Shown in pieces: positions 7,177-19,139 of a stretch of 64,000 nt of DNA. Position numbers and translations under genes: made by a program. The stretch covers positions 1 to 64,000 of the forward strand of contig JANRLW010000057.1 of assembly GCA_033762295.1 (NCBI GenBank), given 5' to 3'. Position 1 is the first letter of the stretch, and each line of letters opens with the position of its first letter. A model generated the notes under the pieces. It did not search any database, had not been told where the DNA came from, and saw only the letters and a list, made by a program, of their open reading frames with translations. The stretch comes from Capsulimonadales bacterium (GTDB lineage Bacteria; Armatimonadota; Armatimonadia; Armatimonadales; Armatimonadaceae).

Positions 7177-9641
7177 CGCTTGTCCGTTTCATAATGTACC
7201 CAATACTTCTGCAGGGTCCACTGGGTCAGCGTCAACGCCAGAATGATGATGAAAATCACCCAGGCGATCGCCGACGCATACCCCATTTTGAAGTACCGGA
7301 AGGCGTTGTTGAACAGATACAGCACGGGAACCAGCATCGAATCCAGCGGCCCCGCTCCCCCGTTTCCGTCACCGAGAACATAAACCCGGTCGAACTCCTG
7401 CAACGCGCCGATCGTTCCCATAATCAGGTTGAAGAAGATATAGGGGGACAGCATCGGCAGGGTGACGTGCCGGAATCGGGCGAAGACGCTCGCCCCGTCG
7501 ATCTCCGCCGCTTCATACAGATTTTGCGGGATTCCCTGCAATCCGGCCAGCCAGAGAATCATGCCGCCGCCCGCGCCCCAGAGTCCCTGCACGATCAGTC
7601 CGGGCTTGGCCCAGTCCGGGGAACCGAACCATCCGGGGGGGTCCAGGTGGAACCAGGCGGTGAGGGTCGTTTTCCAGAGCGCGTTGAGCAGTCCCTTGTT
7701 CGGATCGCCCGCCAGCACCCAGGCCCAGAGCGCGGCGGAGGCGATGGCAGGGACGATCGACGGGAGGTAGAACGCCGTCCGGTAGGCGTTCATCCCCTTC
7801 ACTTTGGTGTTCAGCAGCATCGCGATCGCCAGACCGGTGGACATACCGAGCGGAATGCCGACCAGCGACAGATACGCGGCGTTCCCGAGCGCTTTGGAAA
7901 TCAGTTCCCGGTCGTCGGTGAACAGCGTTCGGAAGTTATAGAGGCCGACATAGCGCGGTGCGTGAAGGACGTCGTAATCGCAGAAGGCGAAAAGTATCGA
8001 GGCGAGGATCGGGCCGGCGGTCAGCAGCAGGAATCCGAAGATCCAGGGCATGGCCATGAGATAACCGGCGATCGCCTCGCTGCGGGCCATTCGGGACCGC
8101 CCGACGGATCGGGAAGCCCGGAAAACGCCGTAAATCAACCCGCCCAGTCCCAGCACGGCCAGAACCGCCACCGGCACGGTGTAGTTGAACAGCGGCAGCT
8201 TTTCCCGGGCGTATGCCTTGTCCAGTTCCTCCTGCACCAGTTTCTGCTGCTCCTCCAGGGCGGCCTTCGGCGTCTGTGCGTGCGCGACGGCCCGGTCGAA
8301 CGCCCGCACATGCGCGTCCCAGAGTTTCTGGCCGACGAACGTAACCGGGCGATACTTGGCATACGGCAGCATGTCGATGAAGGCGCGCTGCGCCTCCTTC
8401 AGTCGGGGCGACACCGGCGGAACCTGTTCGAGCAGGGCGGCATTGACCCGCAAATTTGCCGACAGGTTGAAAACGAACGGACGTCCCTTCTTTTCGCTGT
8501 ACGCCTTCTGCGCTTTCGCTCCGATCAGCGCGCATTCGACCGAGGACATCCAGCGAATGAACTTCCAGGCCGCTTCCGGATTCCGCGCTCCGGACGGGAT
8601 GGCAAAGGAGTAGCCGCCGATCCAGGTGATGAACCGGTCCTGCCCGGCGAACCGCCCCTTGCCTTCGAGTCGTTCCTTCGGTACCGGGGCGGGAGCGACC
8701 GCGAAATCCAGGTCCGGAGCGTAGCGGGCGATATTGTTCAGCACCCAGGAGCCGTTGGTCACCATCGCGACTTTCCCGAGGAAGAAGGGGTCCTGCTCCC
8801 CGCCCTGAAACCCGGACTGGAAGATATTGACCTTATCGAATCCTCCGAGGGCATCGTACATCCGGACCATGTAGTCCAGGGCGCCGACATTCTCCGGCGC
8901 GGCCAGGGTGCATTGGGTCCGGTCGGGCGACATGAACTCCCCGCCGTTCTGCCACGAATAGATATAAAGCCAGGAGTTGCCGTAGTTGGGAATGAAGCCG
9001 ATACGGGCGAACGTTCCGTCCGAATTGTACTGCGTCAGCTTCCGGGCGTACTCCTCCAGTTCCTCCCAGGTCTGCGGCGGACGATCGGGGTTCAGTCCGG
9101 CCTCTTTGAAGATGGTCCGGTTGTAGAACAGGAGTCGGTCGTCGATGCCGGTCGGAATGGCGTAGACTTTTTCCTTATAGACGGCTTCGTTCCAGGCGGC
9201 GGGATAGAAGTCGGCGGCGCGCACGGCATCGTCACCGGATTCGCGGGCGAGGAAATCGTCGAGTGGCATGAACGTGTCCCGGCTCGCCCAGTCGCCGATG
9301 GTGAAACGGTCCTGATGAATGACATCCGGCGGGACACGCCCGACGATGGAGGTCATCAGCTTCTGCGGATTCATGTTCCCCGCCCCCATCGAGAGCAGGG
9401 AAACTTCGATATCCGGGTTCCGCTTCATAAACTCGGCGACCTGCGCGTCCAGGCCGGCGGACTCCTTGCCGGACTGCAGTCCCCAGACGACCAGTTTGAC
9501 CCTGCCCGGGGGGTCCGCGTAAGCGGGGCGGAACGGGGCCAGGAGTGTCAGGAGTGTCAGAAGCGTCAGAAGCAACGGAACCGGGATGGAAAAACGGCGG
9601 ATACCACAGGTACGGAGGGTCATCGTCGGTGAAACTTTCAC
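7173..9641 (-). CDS. Fused extracellular solute-binding protein + ABC sugar permease (MalF-like)
   Basis: Signal peptide, SBP family-1 motifs (LLFYNRTIFKEAGL..PPQTWEEL), C-terminal permease with YEAAEIDGA. Confidence 0.9.
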   Translation of the reverse strand: MKVSPTMTLRTCGIRRFSIPVPLLLTLLTLLTLLAPFRPAYADPPGRVKLVVWGLQSGKESAGLDAQVAEFMKRNPDIEVSLLSMGAGNMNPQKLMTSIVGRVPPDVIHQDRFTIGDWASRDTFMPLDDFLARESGDDAVRAADFYPAAWNEAVYKEKVYAIPTGIDDRLLFYNRTIFKEAGLNPDRPPQTWEELEEYARKLTQYNSDGTFARIGFIPNYGNSWLYIYSWQNGGEFMSPDRTQCTLAAPENVGALDYMVRMYDALGGFDKVNIFQSGFQGGEQDPFFLGKVAMVTNGSWVLNNIARYAPDLDFAVAPAPVPKERLEGKGRFAGQDRFITWIGGYSFAIPSGARNPEAAWKFIRWMSSVECALIGAKAQKAYSEKKGRPFVFNLSANLRVNAALLEQVPPVSPRLKEAQRAFIDMLPYAKYRPVTFVGQKLWDAHVRAFDRAVAHAQTPKAALEEQQKLVQEELDKAYAREKLPLFNYTVPVAVLAVLGLGGLIYGVFRASRSVGRSRMARSEAIAGYLMAMPWIFGFLLLTAGPILASILFAFCDYDVLHAPRYVGLYNFRTLFTDDRELISKALGNAAYLSLVGIPLGMSTGLAIAMLLNTKVKGMNAYRTAFYLPSIVPAIASAALWAWVLAGDPNKGLLNALWKTTLTAWFHLDPPGWFGSPDWAKPGLIVQGLWGAGGGMILWLAGLQGIPQNLYEAAEIDGASVFARFRHVTLPMLSPYIFFNLIMGTIGALQEFDRVYVLGDGNGGAGPLDSMLVPVLYLFNNAFRYFKMGYASAIAWVIFIIILALTLTQWTLQKYWVHYETDKR

Positions 9642-9646
9642 GCTAC

Positions 9647-9675
9647 AGTGTAGGACACGGTCGCATTGGCGTCAA
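9647..9675 (-). promoter_or_regulatory. Sigma70-type promoter, probably leaderless
   Basis: TTGACG-N17-TACACT, 5 nt before GTG 9641. Confidence 0.6.
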
Positions 9676-9702
9676 GCGGGATTCTGCCATGCGCCGCCCG
9701 CC

Positions 9703-9957
9703 TCAAAGGCGATCCAGGAGATCGTCGAACGCGCCGTTCTCGATCTCGCGGCTGATCTCGAACCAGAAGACATACACATGCCCGTTCGGACCGCGCCGTT
9801 CGTTCAGACGGTAGCCGTCGATCAGTTGATGGAGGCGATGGATAACGGCGGTCAGTGCGTCGTCGTCACGCGCGCCGGATTCGCGGGGGTTCGCGCCCGG
9901 TCGGGATTTCAGGGCATCGTAGGCACGACGGGCGGCCACGGAAAGAAGAAGCGACAC
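9703..9957 (-). CDS. Hypothetical protein (84 aa), probably leaderless
   Basis: In-frame GTG 7 nt after TGTATAAT; protein-like C-terminus YVFWFEISREIENGAFDDLLDRL. Confidence 0.55.
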   Translation of the reverse strand: MSLLLSVAARRAYDALKSRPGANPRESGARDDDALTAVIHRLHQLIDGYRLNERRGPNGHVYVFWFEISREIENGAFDDLLDRL

Positions 9958-10100
9958 GCTTCGGATTATACAATGAGGGAGCCTTTTCCGCATTGAACCG
10001 GCGTGACGGCCGGGGGCGGAAAAGGCCCTTTTTCCTCTCAGGACGGTCCCGACTGTCCCACGTTAGCGTGCATTGTAACGCCCTTGCTGATACGGTTCGG

Positions 10101-10193
10101 TTACTGCTCCTCCGCTATGACGAGGCGTGTACCGAGGTAGGTCGCGACAATCGTCAGCCCGAGGGCCACAATCGCGCCTGCCAGCAGTTCCAT
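10101..10193 (-). CDS. Small single-TM membrane protein (30 aa), not in ORF track
   Basis: AAAGGAG RBS 6 nt before ATG; MELLAGAIVALGLTIVATYLGTRLVIAEEQ*. Confidence 0.6.
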   Translation of the reverse strand: MELLAGAIVALGLTIVATYLGTRLVIAEEQ

Positions 10194-10412
10194 CGCCATC
10201 TCCTTTCGCGAGGGACACCGCTCTGTATCCGTATTTTCCGTTGTGTTGTCGTCGCTTCCCTAAGGAAGCCCGGTTTCGCAACCCTATGGACACAGGAAAA
10301 CGATTGAAAGTTTCCGATCGCTCCGTCCCAGACCCATTCTTTTTCGGAATTCGCCGGTCCGGGCCGGCGAGACGGTAAGGATTCCGGCGATTATTCCTCG
10401 AACAAGACCCTT

Positions 10413-10982
10413 ATGAGTGACCGCCCGACGAAAACGCGCGAGGATGCCTGGAACCTGATGACCGAGTGGACGGCGTCCGACTCCCTGCGAAAACATATGC
10501 GCGCGGTGGAAATCGCGATGCGCAGCGCGGCCCGTCGTCTGGGAGAGGACGAGGCGTTGTGGGGAATGACCGGTCTGCTCCACGACTTCGATTACGAACG
10601 TTATCCCACCGTTCCGGACCACCCCCTCAGGGGATCGGAGGTTCTGACCGCCGAGGGCTACCCGGCGGAGGTGATCCGGGCGATTCTCGGTCATGCCCCG
10701 GAAACCGGTGTTCCGCGCGATACGCTGATGGCACGCTACCTGTTCGCGGTCGATGAACTGTCCGGCTTCATTACCGCCGTCGCCTATGTTCGCCCTTCAA
10801 AAAAGCTGGCGGATGTCGATGTTTCCTCGGTGAAAAAGAAACTGAAGGACAAGGCGTTCGCGCGAGCGGTGTCACGCGAGGACATCACGAACGGCGCGGC
10901 GGAAATCGGCCTCGACCTCGATACGCATATCGGCAACGTCCTCGCCGACCTCAAAGCCGACGCCGTCGAACTCGGCATCTGA
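10413..10982 (+). CDS. HD/HDIG-domain metal-dependent phosphohydrolase
   Basis: KHMRAVE...GLLHDFDYE...AVDELSG motifs. Confidence 0.85.
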   Translation: MSDRPTKTREDAWNLMTEWTASDSLRKHMRAVEIAMRSAARRLGEDEALWGMTGLLHDFDYERYPTVPDHPLRGSEVLTAEGYPAEVIRAILGHAPETGVPRDTLMARYLFAVDELSGFITAVAYVRPSKKLADVDVSSVKKKLKDKAFARAVSREDITNGAAEIGLDLDTHIGNVLADLKADAVELGI

Positions 10983-11096
10983 CCCACCCTCGCCGGTCGC
11001 ACTTCCCGAACGGGTACAATCCCTGCGAATCCCGGATGCCCGCTCGGCGGTTTCATGCCCGCAAGGCGTCCGACACCACAGGAACCATTCGAAAAA

Positions 11097-12068
11097 ATGA
11101 AGTACCGCAAACTGGGAAAAAGCGATGTCGAGGTGTCCGAAATCAGCTTCGGCTGCTGGACGATGGGCGGCCTGAACTGGGTCAACGGTAGCCCGAACGG
11201 CTGGGCGAACGTCGATGAGGACGAAATCACCCGAGGAATCAAAATCGCCCTCGACGCCGGCGTCAATCATTTCGACAACGCCGACGTATATGGCAACGGA
11301 CGCGCCGAACGGATGCTCGCCCGCGTCCTGGACAAACTGGGAGTCCGGAGCGAGAGTGTGGTCATCGCCACGAAGATCGGACACTTCCCCGGCACGGCGG
11401 ACCACGCCTACGAACCGGCGCATATCCGACACCAGTGCGAACAGAGCCTGATCAACCTGAAGCGCGACCATATAGACCTCTACTATTTTCATCACGGCAG
11501 CTTCGGGCCGCATCTGGAAGAAGCGGCGGCGACGATGGACGCTCTGGTCGCCGAGGGCAAGGTGCGCCTGAAAGGGCAGAGCGCCTACTCCTATGAGGAC
11601 TTCGCGAAAGCGGTTCCGGTGGTCAAGCCGGCGGCTTTGCAGAGCTGGGCGCACGCGTTGGACGACCGGTTCGTTCGCCCGGATGCCCCTCTCCAAACGC
11701 TGATGGAGGAGCATGGCTGTACGTTCGTCGCCTTCTCCCCGCTGGCCCAGGGCCGTCTGCTCGACAAGTTCGATCCGAACAACCCGCCGACCTTCGAGCC
11801 GGGCGACCATCGTCAGGGCAACGGCGGATTCAAGGCCGAAGCCATCCTGGCGCTGAAGCCGAAACTGGAGAAACTCAAGGAGCGGTTCGGCGGCACGACC
11901 GAGAACCTGGCGCGGGTCGCGTTGCAGTACATTCTCGCGATGCCGAACGTCGCCTGTGTCATCCCCGGGTTCCGCAACGAACGTCAGGCCGCCTGCAACG
12001 TCGCCGGCGCGGACCAACCGCTCAGTGCCGAGGACGTCGCCTTCATCCGGGAAGCGCTGTCAGCATAA
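11097..12068 (+). CDS. Aldo/keto reductase
   Basis: MKYRKLGKS, FDNADVYGNG, IATK, DLYYFH, SPLAQG, VIPG. Confidence 0.92.
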   Translation: MKYRKLGKSDVEVSEISFGCWTMGGLNWVNGSPNGWANVDEDEITRGIKIALDAGVNHFDNADVYGNGRAERMLARVLDKLGVRSESVVIATKIGHFPGTADHAYEPAHIRHQCEQSLINLKRDHIDLYYFHHGSFGPHLEEAAATMDALVAEGKVRLKGQSAYSYEDFAKAVPVVKPAALQSWAHALDDRFVRPDAPLQTLMEEHGCTFVAFSPLAQGRLLDKFDPNNPPTFEPGDHRQGNGGFKAEAILALKPKLEKLKERFGGTTENLARVALQYILAMPNVACVIPGFRNERQAACNVAGADQPLSAEDVAFIREALSA

Positions 12069-12219
12069 CCGTCCACCCTCCGTCCCCTTCGGTAACCTTC
12101 CGCCCGCTCCCGTCGATCCCCGGCCACGTGTCGTCGAGGGATCGATAAGGGCGGGAGGCTCCTCCCCCCTCCGCTTCATAAACCCCACCGACCGGGCCGC
12201 AGTTTTTTCGTCTCTTTAT

Positions 12220-12248
12220 TTGACAACATAACACTCATGTGTTATAAA
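12220..12248 (+). promoter_or_regulatory. Sigma70 promoter of dnaK operon with overlapping palindromic operator
   Basis: TTGACA-N17-TATAAA with TG extension; inverted repeat ATAACAC-TCAT-GTGTTAT at 12228-12245. Confidence 0.75.
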
Positions 12249-12327
12249 TGAAGCGTCGCAATTTTCCTGCTAAGTTTCCGGCGATCGACAGGAACCCTTC
12301 GCTGTGGACGGCATTATATAGGAATAG

Positions 12328-14244
<1,917 letters not shown>

Positions 14245-14304
14245 TCTTTTCCCCTCTCCGAGACGGAGAGGGGACTGAAAATCGACCAATACGGAGGAAA
14301 CACG

Positions 14305-14808
14305 ATGGGAATCGTACGATTTGACCCGTTCCGTGAAATGGAACGGCTTCAGAACGAAATGAACCGTATCTTCGATGGCATCAACAGCGTTCCGGAAGGA
14401 CGAAGCGGCAATATTGCGCAGAATATGCGCCTCTGGAGCCCGTCCGTCGACGTCGCCGAGAACGAGAGCGAAATCGTGATTCACGCCGAACTGCCCGGCA
14501 TGAAGCAGGAAGATATCGACATCGAACTGACCGGCGATACCCTGACGCTGCGAGGCGAGCGCAAGTTCGAAAACGAGGAGCGAAAGCAGAATTTCGTGCG
14601 CGTGGAGCGTTCCTACGGTCGCTTCCAGCGATCCTTCACGGTCGCGACGCCGATCCGGAGCGACCAGGTGACCGCGACTTACCGGGACGGCGTTCTGGAG
14701 ATCCGCCTGCCGAAGTCCGAGGAGCAGCGGCCGCGCAAGGTGCAGGTCGTCCGGTCCGCCCCTCAGCATATCGAGCCGAAAGTCGAGACGACGGACGGAA
14801 ACGCGTAG
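14305..14808 (+). CDS. Hsp20/alpha-crystallin small heat-shock protein
   Basis: FDPFREM N-terminus, AELPGM, ERSYGRFQRSF, YRDGVLEIRLPK. Confidence 0.95.
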   Translation: MGIVRFDPFREMERLQNEMNRIFDGINSVPEGRSGNIAQNMRLWSPSVDVAENESEIVIHAELPGMKQEDIDIELTGDTLTLRGERKFENEERKQNFVRVERSYGRFQRSFTVATPIRSDQVTATYRDGVLEIRLPKSEEQRPRKVQVVRSAPQHIEPKVETTDGNA

Positions 14809-14814
14809 TCCGTT

Positions 14815-14848
14815 CGGAAAAAGGGCCTCCCCGGAGGCCCTTTTTCCG
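14815..14848 (+). terminator. Strong (bidirectional-type) terminator between hsp20 and dnaJ
   Basis: CGGAAAAAGGGCCTCC-CC-GGAGGCCCTTTTTCCG perfect inverted repeat. Confidence 0.8.
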
Positions 14849-14908
14849 AACCTTTACCTTACATCAATAGACTAAATCGTTGTGCGTCCGACGCACGAGG
14901 CATCATTC

Positions 14909-15895
14909 ATGGGACCGCAATACAAAGATTACTATTCCGTCCTCGGCGTGGAGAAGACCGCCAGCGAAAAGGATATCAAGGCCGCCTACCGGAAACTCGC
15001 CCGCAAATACCACCCGGACGTCAACAAAGGCAGTTCCGCCGCCGAGGAGAAGTTCAAGGAGATCAGCGAGGCGTACGAAGTGCTTTCCGATGACGAAAAA
15101 CGTCGAAAGTACGATCAGTTCGGCGACCAGTGGAAGGCCTACTCCCAGCATGGCGGTCCGGGCGGGTTTCCGGGCGGGTACGGCGGTTTTTCGGGCGGAC
15201 AACGGGTCGAGTTCAATGAAAGCGATTTCGGCAATCTGAACGACCTTTTCGCTTCGCTCTTCGGCGATATGAACAATGTGGGCGGCGGGGCGCGTATGGG
15301 CGAACGGTTCGGCGCACAGGCGCCGCCCCGGCGCGGACGCGATATCGAGGCCACGCTGACGATCACACTGGAGGAGGCTTTTCACGGCGGAACGCGCAGT
15401 ATCAGCCTCGATATTCCCGGCGGTCGTTACGATATGCGCACCGGCGCACAGGAGGTGACCAGTCGGCGGGTGGAGGTCAAAATCCCGGCCGGGGTCGCCG
15501 AAGGCCAGAAGATACGGCTCGCCGGACAGGGCGCGCCCGGCGCCTCCGGGAGCGGTGATGTCTACCTGACAGTGCAGATCGCACCGCATACTCAGTTCGA
15601 GCGTAAAGGCGACGACCTGTATACGGACGTTCCCGTCCCCTACACGACGGCCATTCTCGGCGGAGAAATCAAGGTGCCGACGGTCAAGGGCACCCGTCTG
15701 ACCATGACCGTGCCGCCCGGCACCCAGTCCGGACAGGCGTTCCGGCTCGGCGGACAGGGCATGCCCCGACTCAAGACCGGTGGGAGCGGCGATCTCTATG
15801 CGCGTATCAAAATCACCGTGCCGAAACAGGTCAGCGAACGCGAGAAGGAACTGATTCGTGAGCTGGCGCAGTTCCGGGGAGACGGCAGCACATGA
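14909..15895 (+). CDS. Class B J-domain chaperone (CbpA/DnaJ2-like, no Zn finger)
   Basis: J domain with HPD, G/F region, DnaJ C-terminal domain, no CxxCxGxG repeats. Confidence 0.93.
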   Translation: MGPQYKDYYSVLGVEKTASEKDIKAAYRKLARKYHPDVNKGSSAAEEKFKEISEAYEVLSDDEKRRKYDQFGDQWKAYSQHGGPGGFPGGYGGFSGGQRVEFNESDFGNLNDLFASLFGDMNNVGGGARMGERFGAQAPPRRGRDIEATLTITLEEAFHGGTRSISLDIPGGRYDMRTGAQEVTSRRVEVKIPAGVAEGQKIRLAGQGAPGASGSGDVYLTVQIAPHTQFERKGDDLYTDVPVPYTTAILGGEIKVPTVKGTRLTMTVPPGTQSGQAFRLGGQGMPRLKTGGSGDLYARIKITVPKQVSEREKELIRELAQFRGDGST

Positions 15896-16212
15896 ACAGA
15901 CCGAGTGGAGACGAACCCCTCTACACCATCTCGATTGCCGCGCGTCTTGTCCGACGCGATAAACCGGATGAAACGCCGATTCATCCGCAAACCCTGAGGA
16001 TGTATGAACGTGAAGGGCTGGTGAACCCGCAACGGGTGGGGAAAAACCGGCTGTACTCGGACCGGGATATCGAACGGGTGCGGCAGATCCAACGGCTGAC
16101 GGCGATCGGCGTCAACCTGCAGGGGGTCGCCATGATCCTCGATCTGCTGGAACGGTTGGAGGCACTCGAACAGGAACTGCTCGAACTGCGCGGGCAGCGA
16201 CGGACCGAATAA
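15892..16212 (+). CDS. hspR: MerR-family heat-shock repressor HspR-like
   Basis: PLYTISIAA...[16 protein letters not shown]...RLYS; directly after the dnaJ-type gene. Confidence 0.8.
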   Translation: MNRPSGDEPLYTISIAARLVRRDKPDETPIHPQTLRMYEREGLVNPQRVGKNRLYSDRDIERVRQIQRLTAIGVNLQGVAMILDLLERLEALEQELLELRGQRRTE

Positions 16213-16264
16213 TACGAAGAAGATCGACGGGCTTACCGTCGAACGACGGACGGAGGGAAATACG

Positions 16265-18709
16265 ATGTTTGAGAATTACACGGAACGGGCGAGGGACGTG
16301 CTTTCCGGAAGCCAGGAGGTCCTCCGCCGTTACAAACAGAACCAGCTGGACGCCGAGCATATCCTGCTCGCCTTGCTGGAACAGGAGGACGGACTGGTTC
16401 CGCAGGTCCTCGGACGGATCGGCGTCGACACGCGCGATGTCACCCGGCGTGTCGAGGAGGAACTGGCCCGCCTTCCGAAAGTGTACGCTACGGAACGCTC
16501 GGCGGAGTCCCAGATTTACATCACACCGCGCGGCAAGCGGGTCCTCGACATGGCCGAACAGGAGGCGAAACGCCTGAAGGACGAGTATGTCGGGGTCGAA
16601 CACCTGCTTCTCGGCATCATCAAGGAAAACGAATCCCCGGCGGCGCGCGTTCTGGCCCAGTTTCGCATCGACGAGGAGCGCGTCTACCGGGCGCTGCAGC
16701 AGATTCGCGGCACTCAGCGGGTCGACAGCGAGAACGCGGAAGGTCGCTACCAGATGCTGCAGAAATATGCCCGTGACCTGACGGCGCTGGCGCGGGAGGG
16801 GAAGCTGGACCCGGTGATCGGTCGCGACGAGGAGATCACCCGTGTCGTCCAGGTGCTGTCCCGGCGTACCAAGAACAATCCGGTGCTGATCGGCGATCCG
16901 GGCGTCGGCAAGACCGCCATCGCCGAGGGACTGGCGCAGAAGATTCTCAATGGCGATGTGCCGGAGACGCTGCGCGGTCGGACCCTGCTGTCGCTCGATC
17001 TGGGCGCACTGGTCGCCGGTTCCAAGTTCCGGGGCGAGTTCGAGGAGCGTCTGAAGGGCGTCATGGACGAGATCCGCAAGGCCGCCGGGCAGATCGTGCT
17101 CTTCATCGACGAACTGCATACGGTCGTCGGCGCGGGCGCGGCGGAAGGCGCAATGGACGCCTCCAACATGCTGAAACCGGCTCTGGCACGGGGCGAACTT
17201 CAGTGCATCGGCGCGACGACCCTCGATGAGTATCGCAAGAACATCGAGAAGGATGCCGCGCTCGAACGGCGGTTCCAGCCGATCTTCGTCGGAGAACCGA
17301 GCATCGACGATACGATCGCCATCCTGAAGGGACTGCGGCCGAAGTATGAGGCGCACCATAAGGTCAAGATCACCGATGAGGCGCTCAAGGCCGCCGTGCA
17401 ACTTTCCGCGCGTTATCTGACCGAGCGGTTCCTGCCGGACAAGGCCATCGACCTGATGGACGAGGCGGCGTCGAAGGTCCGCATCGCGCTGTCGGCCATG
17501 CCGAACGAACTGAAGGACAAGGAAGCGACGCTCGCACAACTCGTCGCCGACGGCACGACCGCCGCCTCGGCGCGCGATTACGAAAAAGCCGCCCGACTTC
17601 AGCGGGAGGAGGAAGGGCTTCGCAAGGAGTACAACGCCGCCCGGCAACAATGGGAGCGGGAGACCGGCATCCGTTCGGTGGTCGACGAGCAGGATATCGC
17701 CCAGATCATCTCCAAAGCGACCGGCATTCCGCTCTCCCGCATGTTCGCGGGCGAGGCGGAAAAGCTGCTCGAGCTGGAAGCGCACCTGCATCAGCGGGTG
17801 ATCGGTCAGGAGGCGGCCATCCGCGCGGTTTCCGAGGCGGTGCGCCGCTCGCGCGCCGGTCTGTCCGACCCGCGTCGCCCGATCGGTTCGTTCCTGTTCC
17901 TGGGGCCGACCGGTGTCGGCAAGACGGAGCTGGCGAAGGCGCTCGCGCAGTTCCTGTTCGACGACGAGGGCGCACTGGTGCGTATCGACATGTCCGAGTA
18001 CATGGAGAAACATACCGTCGCCCGCCTGATCGGCGCGCCGCCGGGATATGTCGGGTACGAAGAGGGCGGCCAATTGACCGAGGCGGTACGCCGTCGACCG
18101 TACCGGGTAATCCTGCTCGACGAGATCGAGAAGGCGCATCCCGATGTTTGGAACGTTCTTCTTCAGGTGCTGGACGACGGACGATTGACCGACGGTCAGG
18201 GCCGGGTCGTGAACTTTAAGAACACGGTCATCATCATGACGTCGAACATCGGGTCGCACCTGATCGAGGCGATTCCGGCGGACGCGACGCCGGAGGAGGC
18301 GGAGGCGCAATACGACAAGATGCAGAACCGTGTCACCGCCGAACTGCGCGGGCATCTGCGGCCGGAGTTGCTGAATCGTATCGATGAGGTGATCGTCTTC
18401 CATGCGCTGAACCGGCAGGAGATCGGTCGGATCGTGGACCTGCTGCTGGCGCAGACCGAGAGGAAACTGCGCGACCGGGAACTGCATCTGGACGTCACCG
18501 ACGCGGCGAAGAGCCTGATCGGTGAGCAGGGTTGGGACCCGATGTTCGGTGCGCGTCCGCTACGACGCACGATTCAGCGGCTGGTCGAGAACCCGATTTC
18601 GTCGGGCATCCTGCGCGGCGAGTTTCGCGACGGCGACACGATCGTTCTGGATGTCGACGCCAGCGGGAAACTGGTTCCGCGCCTGCTCATCCCCGGCGCG
18701 GTGAAATAA
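16265..18709 (+). CDS. Hsp100 AAA+ chaperone (ClpB/ClpC family)
   Basis: Double Clp-N domain, Walker A GDPGVGKT and GPTGVGKT, short middle domain. Confidence 0.95.
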   Translation: MFENYTERARDVLSGSQEVLRRYKQNQLDAEHILLALLEQEDGLVPQVLGRIGVDTRDVTRRVEEELARLPKVYATERSAESQIYITPRGKRVLDMAEQEAKRLKDEYVGVEHLLLGIIKENESPAARVLAQFRIDEERVYRALQQIRGTQRVDSENAEGRYQMLQKYARDLTALAREGKLDPVIGRDEEITRVVQVLSRRTKNNPVLIGDPGVGKTAIAEGLAQKILNGDVPETLRGRTLLSLDLGALVAGSKFRGEFEERLKGVMDEIRKAAGQIVLFIDELHTVVGAGAAEGAMDASNMLKPALARGELQCIGATTLDEYRKNIEKDAALERRFQPIFVGEPSIDDTIAILKGLRPKYEAHHKVKITDEALKAAVQLSARYLTERFLPDKAIDLMDEAASKVRIALSAMPNELKDKEATLAQLVADGTTAASARDYEKAARLQREEEGLRKEYNAARQQWERETGIRSVVDEQDIAQIISKATGIPLSRMFAGEAEKLLELEAHLHQRVIGQEAAIRAVSEAVRRSRAGLSDPRRPIGSFLFLGPTGVGKTELAKALAQFLFDDEGALVRIDMSEYMEKHTVARLIGAPPGYVGYEEGGQLTEAVRRRPYRVILLDEIEKAHPDVWNVLLQVLDDGRLTDGQGRVVNFKNTVIIMTSNIGSHLIEAIPADATPEEAEAQYDKMQNRVTAELRGHLRPELLNRIDEVIVFHALNRQEIGRIVDLLLAQTERKLRDRELHLDVTDAAKSLIGEQGWDPMFGARPLRRTIQRLVENPISSGILRGEFRDGDTIVLDVDASGKLVPRLLIPGAVK

Positions 18710-18715
18710 CCGTTC

Positions 18716-18747
18716 AGGCTGCCTGCTTTTAGGCAGGCAGCCTTTTC
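18716..18747 (+). terminator. Rho-independent terminator
   Basis: AGGCTGCCTGC-TTTTAG-GCAGGCAGCCT followed by T-tract. Confidence 0.75.
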
Positions 18748-18785
18748 CATTTGGCCGTATAGATCACCTTCAGGTCGGCCCTGAG

Positions 18786-19139
18786 TCATCGCGCCGACCA
18801 CCCATTCACCTCGACAGCCATCTTGCTCCCGTCGGACTCCGTCCATTGTTCCTTCGTTTTTAACTTGTTCCCCGTTTGGGTCACCTCTACTTCGACCACC
18901 GTACCGTCGGCCTTCTTTCCGGTACCCGTGAACCGACCGCCACCTTGTTCGGTGAGTGTGACGTCCTTCAGTTTGAGGTTCCGCGCAACGGCGGCCTCGA
19001 TCTTTAGCTTGCTGAGCGGAGTCGGGGACACCGTTGGCTCAGGCGTCTGACAGCCGCCTAGCCAGAAAATTGTAAACAACGTCGCCAGAGGCGCCTGTCG
19101 GCGCATCAAAATCGCAAACCGCTCCTTCCGCTGGTTCAT
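18786..19139 (-). CDS. Putative lipoprotein
   Basis: GGAGG RBS; hydrophobic stretch ending in lipobox-like LGGC. Confidence 0.6.
   Translation of the reverse strand: MNQRKERFAILMRRQAPLATLFTIFWLGGCQTPEPTVSPTPLSKLKIEAAVARNLKLKDVTLTEQGGGRFTGTGKKADGTVVEVEVTQTGNKLKTKEQWTESDGSKMAVEVNGWSAR

Noticed and set aside
6939..9632. 897-aa plus-strand ORF, and similar long antisense ORFs (e.g. 16112-18487, 30584-32743, 49540-52080, 55001-56860, 59438-61339)
   Set aside because: Antisense shadows of well-supported genes in high-GC DNA; no recognisable motifs
10063..10293. 76-aa minus-strand ORF in the track
   Set aside because: No RBS or protein-like features; the 30-aa ORF in another frame is better supported
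12292..12318. GGAAC-N16-CATT possible second ECF promoter before dnaK
   Set aside because: Single weak match that differs from the GTC-type motif; cannot be supported by eye
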